Positions 1 to 9,652 of a DNA stretch of 64,000 nucleotides are shown here, one piece after another. A program made the translations under genes and the position numbers. The stretch's first letter is position 1. The number at the start of each line of letters is the position of its first letter. The notes under the pieces were generated by a model. That model was not told the origin of the DNA, made no database searches, and saw only the letters and a list, made by a program, of their open reading frames with translations. This DNA is from an uncultured Planctomycetia bacterium (GTDB lineage Bacteria; Omnitrophota; Gorgyraeia; Duberdicusellales; 4484-171), in NCBI GenBank assembly GCA_964483625.1, contig CAZABB010000006.1, positions 2,129-66,128 of the forward strand, written 5' to 3'.

Positions 1-1113
1 ATTGATCGTGGGAGGAAGGTATCCGTTCTTAAAAATCATTCCGCACAGCACGCTTTCCACCGCGTTGGCCGCCGCAAGAGGGTGGCCGATCATCGATTTA
101 ATCGAGCTGATGGGGACTTTATAGGCGTAGTCGCCGAAAACCCCCTTGTAGGCATTGGTTTCAAACACATCGTTCTGGCGGGTGGAAGATCCGTGCGCGT
201 TGATATAGCCGATGTCTTCATTCTCTATCCCCGCCTCCTCGATAGCTTCGCGAATACAGCGTTCCATGGCTTCACCGCTTTCGGGCAAATCGGTCATATG
301 GTAGGCATTACAGCTGGTCCCGTAACCGATGACTTCTCCGTAAATCGGCGCGCCTCTTTTTTTAGCATGCTCGAGTTCTTCCAGAATAAGAATCCCCGCA
401 CCTTCGGAAATCACAAATCCGTTTCGTTTATTATCGAACGGACGGCTTGCTTTATGCGGCTCGTCGTTATTTTTGGCAAGCACATTAACCACATCAAACG
501 CCCCGAAGGTGATCGGACATACCGGCGCCTCAGATGCCCCGGCAATAACCAGATCCTGCCGTCCGTCACGGATCAATTCGTAACTGAACCCCAAAGAATC
601 GGTCCCGGCCGTACACCCGGTTGAAACCGTACAGTTGAATCCTTGCGTACCGTAGAGAGCACTGATTTCGGCACTGGGAGTATTGAACATCGCCGCATCG
701 TAAAGAAAGGGGCGCCCTTTACGGGGATCGATGGGGTTCTTCCCCCACGCCGTCACCCGCAGGAACTCTTCCTCCATAAACCGCGTGCCGCAGATCGCGT
801 TAGCCAGGATGACGCCGCACCGCCTGCGGTCTAATGTGGCAAAATCAATCCGGCTGTCGGCAACCGCCTGAATCGCCGCACCGAGAGCGAACTGCACATA
901 TCGATCCATACGGAAATGGTCTTTAATCCCGAATTTTTCCGGGTCGAAGGCAAGATCCTGGGAAGCAATTTTGGAAACAAAAAGGCTGACGTCGAAATTC
1001 TCAACCCGTTCGATACAGGGCTTTCCCGCGATTAAGTTCTCGTAAAACGTGTCTTTATCCTCTCCGGCACCGCAGATGACGCCGAGCCCGGTAATGACGA
1101 CTTTTCTTTTCAT
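1..1113 (-). CDS. Beta-ketoacyl synthase, type II PKS KS-alpha-like (3' end runs off window)
   Basis: Not in ORF track; translated by hand from ATG 1113 (overlaps stop of upstream gene): MKRKVVITGLG, VSTGCTAGTDS (catalytic Cys), CNAYHMT, NAHGSSTRQND, SSIKSMIGH. Confidence 0.9.
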   Translation of the reverse strand, partial: MKRKVVITGLGVICGAGEDKDTFYENLIAGKPCIERVENFDVSLFVSKIASQDLAFDPEKFGIKDHFRMDRYVQFALGAAIQAVADSRIDFATLDRRRCGVILANAICGTRFMEEEFLRVTAWGKNPIDPRKGRPFLYDAAMFNTPSAEISALYGTQGFNCTVSTGCTAGTDSLGFSYELIRDGRQDLVIAGASEAPVCPITFGAFDVVNVLAKNNDEPHKASRPFDNKRNGFVISEGAGILILEELEHAKKRGAPIYGEVIGYGTSCNAYHMTDLPESGEAMERCIREAIEEAGIENEDIGYINAHGSSTRQNDVFETNAYKGVFGDYAYKVPISSIKSMIGHPLAAANAVESVLCGMIFKNGYLPPTIN

Positions 1114-1712
1114 TCTATTCTCCTTACCTTAAACTTCAAATTCCCGCCGTCGGGACACGCGGTACCGGTCTTACAGTTTTCGTCCTCTTCGAAAGAAAAC
1201 TTCGCCCCGAAATTGAGCGCGAATAAAACCGGAAAGAGCGCACTATAGGCAGCGCCGCAGAAACTATCCGGCGTTTTCAACCCTTTCACCTCCCATTTCT
1301 GTCCCGACACATAGCCAAAGGTACACCGGCCGCAGACCTCCTGGACTTCAATTTCCATATTTTTAGGATTGGGCCCCTTCGGCTTCTCCTTCCGTGGTTC
1401 GACAATGATATTGCCGGCTTGGTCTAAAACCTCGACCTTAAACGTCAGCTTGGCGTTATCGGGACAGGTCACCTTAATCGAACGCATATTCTCCATAAAC
1501 GGGAACTGTGCCCCGAAGGTCAACGCGTACAAGCAGGGAAATGCCGACTGGGAAAGCCCCAGACAAAAATCTTTCGGGGGATGAGTGAAATCATCGAGAA
1601 CAATCTCATCTCCTACGTTATAGTGATGATAACAATATCCTTTCTGCTCAAGGACGGTCATTTTAAGTTTGGGAAATGTTACTTTCTGGGAAGCTTCTTT
1701 GTTCTCATCCAT
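1110..1712 (-). CDS. Tandem two-domain TIGR04076-like Cys-rich protein
   Basis: Two repeats of G.C...Y..G..(F)C..A...LFP.L.AL.FGA.F....CPD....F. Confidence 0.7.
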   Translation of the reverse strand: MDENKEASQKVTFPKLKMTVLEQKGYCYHHYNVGDEIVLDDFTHPPKDFCLGLSQSAFPCLYALTFGAQFPFMENMRSIKVTCPDNAKLTFKVEVLDQAGNIIVEPRKEKPKGPNPKNMEIEVQEVCGRCTFGYVSGQKWEVKGLKTPDSFCGAAYSALFPVLFALNFGAKFSFEEDENCKTGTACPDGGNLKFKVRRIE

Positions 1713-2718
1713 GGATTTCCTCCTTTATCGACATACATTCAGAGATCAGCTCCTCACGGGTAAAAAATTCCTTTTTAGCCTCAACCCTATGGACCAGATC
1801 AACCAGTTTTCTGTTTAAAGAAGCGTCTTTACCGATACTTTTAGCCAACCGTACGATCTCGCCGTTGATATAATCGATCTCAGATGGTTTCCCGCGCTGA
1901 ATGCTCTGCAAGATCGACCCGTAGAGTGGTTCTTTACTTAAAGACATCATGATCTTAGAAAAAAACGCCGCCGCTTTATCAATCGGCATACCGAGGAGTC
2001 CTTCGATGCGCTCTTTGGGATAGCCGGGTAGACTTTCCAACATAATCCCGGCTAAAGACACGATACGGAACGCCTCCCGATTCAGCCGGATCGCACACTC
2101 GGCTACGTTTACGTCAGCAAATGCCTCCTGCATCGAAACCCCCAGGATAGCGGCAATACAATTATTCAGATTAATAAAGAGCTTAAGATATTTCGCTCCC
2201 AGGATATTTTCCGAACGCACCACACCACTGACCGTACGTAATATTTCCGTCAATACCTCTGTCTGGGGAGGAAGCGCGCCGGAAAGAGAACCGATAACAA
2301 AATCCCCTTCAAAATTATGCACTATCCGGTTGGGCGGATAGAACGTCGCTCCAAACATCACGATACCGGTAATGATATTTCGCGAGTCAACATATTCCTG
2401 TACGATCGCATCGGCGGCAATCCCGTTCTGGGTGGTCACAACGACGGCATCTTTCAGGTAGCGATGATTACGGTGCACGATCTCCTTTAGGTCGCCGATT
2501 TTCGTCGCAAGAATCGCGACTTCAACCGGTTGAGACAATTCCGTCACCACCTTAACCGCAGCTCTATGCGCACCCCGAACTCCCTCGATACGCATGCCTT
2601 CTGAAACAACCGCATCAACCTGGTAATCTTTTACCACACACCCCACCTCAAGCCGTTCACTCATATATCCGGCAAATAATCCGCCAATAGCTCCGCACCC
2701 AAGCACCGCAATGTTCAT
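1705..2718 (-). CDS. Ketopantoate reductase (ApbA/PanE) family protein
   Basis: GCGAIG Rossmann motif, QNG, KLFIN, SILQSIQRGKPSEIDYINGEIV; start taken at MNIAV. Confidence 0.85.
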   Translation of the reverse strand: MNIAVLGCGAIGGLFAGYMSERLEVGCVVKDYQVDAVVSEGMRIEGVRGAHRAAVKVVTELSQPVEVAILATKIGDLKEIVHRNHRYLKDAVVVTTQNGIAADAIVQEYVDSRNIITGIVMFGATFYPPNRIVHNFEGDFVIGSLSGALPPQTEVLTEILRTVSGVVRSENILGAKYLKLFINLNNCIAAILGVSMQEAFADVNVAECAIRLNREAFRIVSLAGIMLESLPGYPKERIEGLLGMPIDKAAAFFSKIMMSLSKEPLYGSILQSIQRGKPSEIDYINGEIVRLAKSIGKDASLNRKLVDLVHRVEAKKEFFTREELISECMSIKEEIHG

Positions 2719-3167
2719 GATTTCTTCTCGCAATATTTTTTGAGCGCTCCCAGTACTTTATCCAGCCCCTTGGTGTGCATCTTCTTAAACATAAGCCCCC
2801 AGAGCATTCGTTGCACCGGATTCTTCAATTGGTAACAGAACCGGTAGACGATTTCAACCGCCATGCCGGCACGATGTATGAAAAATTCTTCGTATCCCCC
2901 TTGAAACATTCCGTCCAGAAAGTCACGCCGCAGATACTTTTGCGTCCTGTCAACGATCGCGTTACGTTTATGCCACGCCGGGCCGAAGGGAAATTTTGCC
3001 TTCTGCCAATACAGGGTCCCCGGACCGGTACCGCCGGAGAGGTTCGTAAACCGCATCGCCAGATTCTCCGGCCACCACCGGCTTTCAGACGCCTTTACCA
3101 ATTCTTCGAACACATCGGTATCGGGATCGGCTAAGGCGATATGAATATTCTGTTTAAGCGCCTGCAT
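2715..3167 (-). CDS. SRPBCC/START-fold (polyketide cyclase/aromatase-like) protein
   Basis: 150 aa, I.I.A...DVFE....RWWP, C-terminal helix 'LDKVLGALKKYCE'; overlaps neighbours in operon. Confidence 0.6.
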   Translation of the reverse strand: MQALKQNIHIALADPDTDVFEELVKASESRWWPENLAMRFTNLSGGTGPGTLYWQKAKFPFGPAWHKRNAIVDRTQKYLRRDFLDGMFQGGYEEFFIHRAGMAVEIVYRFCYQLKNPVQRMLWGLMFKKMHTKGLDKVLGALKKYCEKKS

Positions 3168-3426
3168 CGTCTACGAACTGTTGATAGTCGATGTGTAAAT
3201 GCTGAAACAACCGGCGCATCATATCCCGAAACGCCGGAGGAACTTCCCGGAAAAAAGCTTCGATCAAATCTTTTTCCTGGACGGATTGCGAGCCGCGGGA
3301 TGCGGCAATCTCTTCAGCGCATTCTTTTACCAGCTGTTCGGCGATGGACCGGTGAAATTGAGGAAGGTTCCCGATCACGGTATCGAAAATGTCTTGTGTC
3401 TTTTTATCCCACGCTATATCTGCCAT
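3154..3426 (-). CDS. PCP_red-like (protochlorophyllide reductase C-terminal-like) small helical protein
   Basis: W......F......LP.F.R..A......AEE.A..RG...V pattern. Confidence 0.55.
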   Translation of the reverse strand: MADIAWDKKTQDIFDTVIGNLPQFHRSIAEQLVKECAEEIAASRGSQSVQEKDLIEAFFREVPPAFRDMMRRLFQHLHIDYQQFVDDAGA

Positions 3427-3444
3427 ACAAGATCCTTTCTATTA

Positions 3445-3640
3445 AAAATTCCAAGCTCCAAGATCCAAATTCCAAATAAATCTCAAACTCCAAATCTCAA
3501 ACAGGTTTTCGTTTAGAACATTGTGATTTTGGTTATTGGAGTTTCCCGTACATAAATGCAATTTATTTAACGGGATCCCGCTGAATAATGAAATTATGGA
3601 ACGGGATATTTGGAAATTGTGATTTGTAATTTGTATATCA
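3445..3640. repeat. Intergenic ~7-nt-period degenerate tandem repeats (TCCAAAT/TCTCAAA type) with inverse copies
   Basis: attccaagctccaagatccaaattccaaataaatctcaaactccaaatctcaaac ... ttggaaattgtgatttgtaatttg. Confidence 0.75.
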
Positions 3641-4378
3641 TACATTTCCTATCAATTGAAATGCGCCGTTAATCATTTTCATTTCGGCTTCGAAATACCG
3701 GTAATCGGTGAACCCGAGCTGTCCGGTAATCAGATTGTCGGAAACCGCAAGAACAACGGCAACCCTGCTCTTATAGAGGTTAGCCAGGGTTACAAAGGGA
3801 CTGGTCACCATATCCACCGCAATCGCGCCTTTCTCGATATAGGAATTCACGATATCCTTGGTTTCGCGGAAGATGGCATCGGTCGTCCAGATGCCGCCGC
3901 GATGGGCCCCGCCGATCTGCCGAAACGTCTCCTCAAGCGATGAAGTCAATGCCGTATCGACCAAAGGCGTATAATCGTTATCTACGTAATACTGCGTCGC
4001 TCCGTCGCCGCGAATTATGGTATCGCCGATAATGAAATCGCCGATCGCAATATCTTCCCGCAACGCCCCGCAGGAACCGATACGAATAAGCGTCTTGACT
4101 CCGGCGGCACAGACCAGTTCGGTAACAAAAGCCGAATCCGGCGCGTAGAATCCGCCGTTGCCGACGGTGATTCGTTTCCCGTTATAGGTACCGGTCCAGA
4201 ATGTGTACCCTAAAAACGTAAAATTCTTAACCGGGTCATGGAGCTTATCGACACACATCTTCGCCCGCTGCGGCTGGCCGCTGATGACAGCAACATCGCC
4301 AAAATCTCCTTGGCGAAACTGCAAAGAATCCAGTAAACCTTTAGGCTCCATATGAACATCTCTGGTCATCATAGTCAT
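3638..4378 (-). CDS. Nucleoside phosphorylase (PNP/UDP family)
   Basis: GQPQRA, LIRIGSCGAL, IRGDGAT, WTTDAIFRET, AIAVDM, VSDN motifs. Confidence 0.85.
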   Translation of the reverse strand: MTMMTRDVHMEPKGLLDSLQFRQGDFGDVAVISGQPQRAKMCVDKLHDPVKNFTFLGYTFWTGTYNGKRITVGNGGFYAPDSAFVTELVCAAGVKTLIRIGSCGALREDIAIGDFIIGDTIIRGDGATQYYVDNDYTPLVDTALTSSLEETFRQIGGAHRGGIWTTDAIFRETKDIVNSYIEKGAIAVDMVTSPFVTLANLYKSRVAVVLAVSDNLITGQLGFTDYRYFEAEMKMINGAFQLIGNV

Positions 4379-4414
4379 TACTCCTTCAATTAGTCACAAA
4401 GTCACACGTAACAA

Positions 4415-5977
4415 TCACAATGCTGTATTCTCTTGACGTGTGTCGTGTGACGTGTGTCGTGTGGCGTGTGTCGTGTGACTTTTCAGCGCTTGTTTATCGA
4501 TTTTTCCCGTCCGGTTCTTCGGCAGAGAGGTCACGAATTCAAAATGATGCGGAATTTTAAAGTGAGCGAGATGTTCTTTTAAAAACCCCCGCAATTCATC
4601 AACTGATAATTGAGCTCCTGGGGCTAACACCATAAATGCTTTCGGCACTTCTCCCCGTAATGAATCAGCAACGCCGATCACAGCGACTTCTTTGATCGCA
4701 GGGTGTCTCTGCATTTTTTCTTCGACTTCAACCGAAAAAACAATTTCTCCCGCCACTTTGATCATATCCTTTTTGCGGCCGACGATATAGAATAGCCCGG
4801 CCTCGTCACAATACGCGATATCTCCGGTTTTCAGCCAACCATCACACGTGAGGACTTCTTTGGTCAACCCCTCTTCCCGGTAGTATCCCTTCATGACCCC
4901 TTTGCCCTTCACCCATAATTCACCGTGTACCCCCATCGGACAACCCTTCCCCTGGTCATCAACAATTTTTGCCTGCATTGCGGGAGAAAACTTTCCGATA
5001 CTGTGGATCTTCGTTATATCGTTGGGAGAATACGTATTGGGGGCTGATGTCTCGGTCATCCCCCAGCCATTTAAAAGAGCCGTCGTGGGGCACATCTTCT
5101 TAAATCGTTGCAGAAGAACCGGGGAGGAAGGCGCGCCAAATACCACCGCCCACCGTAATGAGGAAAGGTCGAACGCATCATGTTCCTTAAGAGAAAGAAT
5201 CGCGATAAACATCGCCGGAACAATACAAAAAATAGTCCCCCGATGCTGTTGAATCATGCGTAAGAACTCCAACGGCTGGAATCGTTCCATCAATACCAGA
5301 GGCGAAGCAAAACGGATCATAAGCAAAATATAATCCAGTCCGGCGATATGAGAGAATGGTATTCCTGCGCAGACAAAAACATCCTGATCGGTTATCTTAA
5401 GAAAGTAATCCATCGTCTCAAGGGGACTCAGAAGATGAGCATAGGTAAGCATGACGCCTTTGGGGTGACCGGTAGACCCGGAGGTATAAAAGACAGCCGC
5501 AAGGCGGCCGGGATCAACTTCACCTTTGGGCAAATGAGCAGGCATCGCGGCCATGATCTCATTCCAGTTGACGGTGGCGCCGGCCTCTTCTCCCTGCACG
5601 ATAACATGTTTTAATCCCGAACATGCCCGCATAATGGAGCCGACATCGATTCCTTTTTTAGGCTGGATAAGCAACACCTCCGCCCCACTGTGATTGATAA
5701 ACTGAATAATTTCATCTTCAGTCAACATGAAGTCTAACGGTATAACGGTACCTTGAGCGCTGAAAACACCCGAAAAGCTTATCAATGTTTCCGGGGTATT
5801 AGGTAAATAGATAGCAATTTTAGGTTCGCTACCGAGATTAAGACCGAGAAGATAATTGGCCAATTTGAACGCAGCTTTGGCGATCTGAGGGAACGTCATT
5901 TTCTTTTCCTTATATATAAGCATCGGACGATCCCGGTAACGATCACATTGTTCGATAAGCAGTTGTTTTATATCCAT
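4415..5977 (-). CDS. AMP-dependent acyl-CoA ligase/adenylation enzyme
   Basis: YTSGSTGHPKG, GWGMTET, GWLKTGD, GRKKDMI, LPKNRTGKIDK. Confidence 0.92.
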   Translation of the reverse strand: MDIKQLLIEQCDRYRDRPMLIYKEKKMTFPQIAKAAFKLANYLLGLNLGSEPKIAIYLPNTPETLISFSGVFSAQGTVIPLDFMLTEDEIIQFINHSGAEVLLIQPKKGIDVGSIMRACSGLKHVIVQGEEAGATVNWNEIMAAMPAHLPKGEVDPGRLAAVFYTSGSTGHPKGVMLTYAHLLSPLETMDYFLKITDQDVFVCAGIPFSHIAGLDYILLMIRFASPLVLMERFQPLEFLRMIQQHRGTIFCIVPAMFIAILSLKEHDAFDLSSLRWAVVFGAPSSPVLLQRFKKMCPTTALLNGWGMTETSAPNTYSPNDITKIHSIGKFSPAMQAKIVDDQGKGCPMGVHGELWVKGKGVMKGYYREEGLTKEVLTCDGWLKTGDIAYCDEAGLFYIVGRKKDMIKVAGEIVFSVEVEEKMQRHPAIKEVAVIGVADSLRGEVPKAFMVLAPGAQLSVDELRGFLKEHLAHFKIPHHFEFVTSLPKNRTGKIDKQALKSHTTHATRHTSHDTRQENTAL

Positions 5978-5998
5978 ATCTTCTTTCCTCCTGGGGTT

Positions 5999-6048
5999 AT
6001 AGTAAAATTTTATTAGTTAAATTTTACTATTTATACCTAAAAAGTCAA
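5999..6048 (-). promoter_or_regulatory. Sigma70-type promoter overlapped by a perfect 12-bp inverted repeat (probable PadR operator)
   Basis: Minus strand TTGACT-16-TAAAAT; ATAGTAAAATTT (5999-6010) N8 AAATTTTACTAT (6019-6030) directly upstream of the ligase gene. Confidence 0.65.
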
Positions 6049-6086
6049 TGGCATTTTTCCCTGTGTCTCAAGGGATCCGCTAAACC

Positions 6087-6617
6087 CTATACGCCTTGTT
6101 TTAATTGGTTCTTTACCGTGCTCACCATCTCCCGCAAAAATACTTTCTCAGTCGCAACGAGGGCGAGATGGTGTTCTAAGAGTAATTGAATATTGCGGGG
6201 AGAATCCTCTAACTGGTTCTGTTTCTCAATCAACCACTGCTCCACTTCACGTAAAAACCTCATCCTGAGCCGCAAAAGAGGCAAGACTTCTTTTTTATTC
6301 AGAAAAGCAAGAAAATAAAGCGGGATATCGATTTCGATGAAGGGACGCCGCTGTGAACGAAGCGCTTCCTTGGCCAGACGGGAAAACTCTTTTTCTCCCT
6401 TGGCGGTAATACAATAGCGGTATTTACGCAGACGGGCACTCTTGATTTCTTTTTTCTCGACAAGCCCTTCCTTCTCCATCTTCTGAAGAGGATAATAAAT
6501 CGATTTGGTTTCCAGCTGAGAAAACGATCCGAGTTCGTTGGTGATGAATTTTTTAATATCGTAGCCGGTGGCGGGATTTTTTTTTAAAATACCCAGGATA
6601 ATGAATCGTTGAATCAT
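6087..6617 (-). CDS. PadR-family transcriptional regulator
   Basis: ILGIL...ATGYDI, SIYYPLQKMEKEGLV, KYRYCITAKG. Confidence 0.88.
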   Translation of the reverse strand: MIQRFIILGILKKNPATGYDIKKFITNELGSFSQLETKSIYYPLQKMEKEGLVEKKEIKSARLRKYRYCITAKGEKEFSRLAKEALRSQRRPFIEIDIPLYFLAFLNKKEVLPLLRLRMRFLREVEQWLIEKQNQLEDSPRNIQLLLEHHLALVATEKVFLREMVSTVKNQLKQGV

Positions 6618-7564
6618 TCTTTAAACATTCCCAGTTTTCTGAATTTCTGATAGCGGTTCTCTAAAAGCGTATCGGTATCTATGCTTTTCAATTGGGCAAG
6701 TTGGGCCAAAAGAATATTTTTCAGATTATTCGCTGCCTCAGACGGACTGCGATGAGCCCCTCCTTCGGGTTCGGGGATAACATCATCGATGATCCCCAGT
6801 TCAAGAAGTTCCGGCCCCGTCAGCTTAAGCGTCCGGGCCGCATCGGGAGCCCGCCGGGAATCTTTCCAGAGAATTGCCGCGCATCCTTCCGGAGAAATGA
6901 CCGAATAATACGAATACTCCATAATAAATACCCTATCGCCCACGCCGATGCCAAGCGCGCCGCCGGAACCACCTTCACCGATGACCACAACGATAACGGG
7001 CGTACGGATGCTGAACATATCCCGGATATTCTCGGCAATCGCCAATGCCTGGCCGCGTTCTTCGGCCCCGATCCCCGGATATGCGCCGGGTGTATCGACC
7101 AAGCAGATAACCGGCAGAGAGAACCGCTCTCCCAGCCGCATCAGACGTATCGCCTTACGATATCCTTCCGGATGCGCGCAGCCGAAATTCCGTTCGATAT
7201 TTTCCTTGGTATCCTTCCCTTTCTGATGTCCAATAACAACTACTTTCTCATCTTCTATCGTCGCAAGACCGGAAATAATGGCCTTATCGTCGCCGTAAAG
7301 CCGATCGCCGTGCAGTTCGATAAAATCCTTCATAATCAGATTGATGTAATCCATCGTTGTCGGCCGTTGCGGATGGCGGGATATCTGGACTTTCTGCCAG
7401 GGACTCAGGTGAGAATAGATCTCCCGTTTCAATTCTTTCAGTTTCTTCTGGAGATTATCCAATTCAGAGGAAAGGTTGACCTCTTTATCCTTGGAAAATT
7501 CGGTCAGCTCTCTGATCTTATCCTCCAACCCTTCAATCGGTTTTTCAAAATCCCAGTACTGCAT
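6614..7564 (-). CDS. accA: Acetyl-CoA carboxylase carboxyltransferase alpha
   Basis: DFEKPI, RHPQRP, ELHGDR, PEGYRKA, DTPGAYPG, GEGGSGGAL; start taken at MQYWDFE. Confidence 0.95.
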   Translation of the reverse strand: MQYWDFEKPIEGLEDKIRELTEFSKDKEVNLSSELDNLQKKLKELKREIYSHLSPWQKVQISRHPQRPTTMDYINLIMKDFIELHGDRLYGDDKAIISGLATIEDEKVVVIGHQKGKDTKENIERNFGCAHPEGYRKAIRLMRLGERFSLPVICLVDTPGAYPGIGAEERGQALAIAENIRDMFSIRTPVIVVVIGEGGSGGALGIGVGDRVFIMEYSYYSVISPEGCAAILWKDSRRAPDAARTLKLTGPELLELGIIDDVIPEPEGGAHRSPSEAANNLKNILLAQLAQLKSIDTDTLLENRYQKFRKLGMFKE

Positions 7565-7658
7565 AAAAATCAGGATTCTTAGGTAGTCCCGCATACGCGC
7601 TTTGCGCTCTGCGGGATCCCGCCCAGAATAGAATTAGCAGGCGGGACGATTAGTAAAA

Positions 7659-8465
7659 TTATTCGATGACAATAACCTCGGTCCCTACCGGTATAATATC
7701 ATAAAGCTCTTCAACATCGGCATTATGCATCCGCACGCAGCCCAGAGTGACCTGTTCGCCTATCTTGTCCGGAGCCCGGGTTCCGTGGATACCATAGCCT
7801 TTCTCATCAAATCCCATCCAGCGCGACCCGAGAATATTTTCGGGACTATCGGGAGGGATCACCGCTCCGGTACGGAACCAGGTAGGGTTTTTAAGCTTAT
7901 TAATGATCTTAAACGTTCCTACCGGCGTCGATCCGTCACTGCCGGTACTAACCCCGTAGGTTTTTACAACCTCTCCGTTACGTTTTAAAAACAGCACATT
8001 CTGCGATTTATCGACGACAACCGAAAACGGACAGGTATTGACTTTAAGCTTCTGCTTTGGCCGGATAATGTGTGAATTCAGATTATTTGCTCTCTGGATA
8101 AGCGCCACGGTCGTATTATATTTTTTGGCAATCTTGATCAGCATATCATTGGGGTTAACCACATATTCGGTACTGCATTCATCAAGAACCGGCGAGAACA
8201 GGAGCCTGATCGTGGCTGTCTCCAGATAACTCCTGGCTTCTTCGATAACATTGGAATCCTCGGTGCTTTCCAAGACCTGCTTATAGATCTGCCGGGCTTG
8301 CAGGAAATCGCCTTCCGAGAGAGCCTGAGTCCCCTCTTTTATCGAAGCCCCGATTTCCCCTTTGGGGATACTTCGTTGTGAGGATTTCCGGTTTAAGATG
8401 AACACCGAACTGACCAGAAAGATGACAATAATCCCCGCTAGAATAAACACAATCTGTCTACGCAT
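7659..8465 (-). CDS. LysM + L,D-transpeptidase (YkuD) protein
   Basis: N-terminal TM, LysM (YVV..ND.L.KIAKKY), YGIHGT...TLGCVRM. Confidence 0.9.
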   Translation of the reverse strand: MRRQIVFILAGIIVIFLVSSVFILNRKSSQRSIPKGEIGASIKEGTQALSEGDFLQARQIYKQVLESTEDSNVIEEARSYLETATIRLLFSPVLDECSTEYVVNPNDMLIKIAKKYNTTVALIQRANNLNSHIIRPKQKLKVNTCPFSVVVDKSQNVLFLKRNGEVVKTYGVSTGSDGSTPVGTFKIINKLKNPTWFRTGAVIPPDSPENILGSRWMGFDEKGYGIHGTRAPDKIGEQVTLGCVRMHNADVEELYDIIPVGTEVIVIE

Positions 8466-8493
8466 TCTTAAACCTCCCCTTTCATTTCCCTTC

Positions 8494-8943
8494 TTACAAA
8501 TATGCGATGAATGCGACCAGAAATCCGATCAACGCCCCCACGAAAACTTCGATAGGACTGTGGCCGACAAGCTCTCTCAACCTGTCTTCGGTCACCCGGT
8601 TCCCGCGGTGAATATCATCCATCATGTGGTTTAAAATCTTTGCCTGTACTCCGATCGACCGACGCCAGGTCTGGGCATCGAACATCGTAATCAGCGCAAA
8701 CATGACCGCCAGAGCAAACATCGGCGAGAAAAACCCCAATTCACGTCCTACCGCGAACGCCAGGGCGCACACTGCGGCACTATGCGCCGAAGGCATCCCT
8801 CCGGTACGGAGTATCCATACGAAATTGAAGCGTTTCTCCCTGATAAGCCCGCCGCAGATCTTGATTCCCTGAGCAATACCCCAGCTGAGTATCGTCAGCC
8901 AGAGCGGTTTGTTATAGAACAACTCTTCCAGCCAATTTTCCAT
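8494..8943 (-). CDS. Divergent PAP2 (DUF212) membrane protein
   Basis: GGMPSAHSA, MFDA..VR, LRELVGHSPIEV. Confidence 0.88.
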   Translation of the reverse strand: MENWLEELFYNKPLWLTILSWGIAQGIKICGGLIREKRFNFVWILRTGGMPSAHSAAVCALAFAVGRELGFFSPMFALAVMFALITMFDAQTWRRSIGVQAKILNHMMDDIHRGNRVTEDRLRELVGHSPIEVFVGALIGFLVAFIAYL

Positions 8944-9045
8944 ACTCTTTATTATAAAGAGAAAAAAGATCATCGCAAGCTTTAATTGGTACCTTAAAAA
9001 CCGCGTTTTTTAGGGGGTGTGGATGCCGTAAAACCAAGAAAAATA

Positions 9046-9074
9046 TTGACAGAATAACGATTTAATGATAGCTT
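9046..9074 (+). promoter_or_regulatory. Sigma70-type promoter
   Basis: TTGACA-17-TAGCTT with extended TG, just upstream of ATG 9082. Confidence 0.5.
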
Positions 9075-9081
9075 GCCCTTG

Positions 9082-9483
9082 ATGTCACAAAGCAGTACGA
9101 AAAGAATACTGGTCGTAGACGATGAAAAAGAAGTTGTTGAGTACCTGCGATCAATCCTGCAAAGGGCAAGCTATGAAGTCATATCCACAACGCAAGGGAA
9201 AGAGGCGGTCGATCTCGCGTTCCGTAACAAGCCCGATTTGATCATTCTCGATGTACTCATCCCCGATCTCCGGGGTGAAGAAATTTACCGGCTTCTTTCG
9301 GAGAACCCCGAAACCGCCGGCATTCCCATTATTTTCCTGACCGGGATCATTACCGAGGAAGACGAAAGCTTTATTCAGAATCTCACCGGAAGATCCCGTC
9401 TCCTGGCAAAACCCACCACGAAGGAAAAGATCCTGGATGCGATCCATAAAACCCTGGAAGACCCTGATCTTTCCTTCTCTTAG
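9082..9483 (+). CDS. Single-domain response regulator
   Basis: ILVVDDE, PDLIILD, PIIFLT, KP. Confidence 0.9.
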   Translation: MSQSSTKRILVVDDEKEVVEYLRSILQRASYEVISTTQGKEAVDLAFRNKPDLIILDVLIPDLRGEEIYRLLSENPETAGIPIIFLTGIITEEDESFIQNLTGRSRLLAKPTTKEKILDAIHKTLEDPDLSFS

Positions 9484-9652
9484 ACAGAAGAGATAATTTT
9501 TCATAACCCCTTGAATTTGAAGCATAAATGTTTTATATAGGAGTTTGTTCGAGGCAAACAAAACTCGGCACTACCAATATGTAGAGGAGAAGAAAGAAAC
9601 GAAACCCCATATATTGGGAAGTAGAAACGCAGCTTAAAAAAGGAGGAGAACA

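Noticed and set aside
82-834. + strand ORFs 82-624 and 643-834
   Set aside because: Antisense shadows of the ketosynthase on the minus strand.
3442-3645. 67-aa ORF across heptamer repeats
   Set aside because: Low-complexity translation of repeats; probably non-coding.
6692-7582. 296-aa + strand ORF
   Set aside because: Antisense to accA.
9540-9640. Possible riboswitch upstream of gene 9653
   Set aside because: Some complementarity (ccaatatg/catatattgg) but no recognisable family or expression platform.
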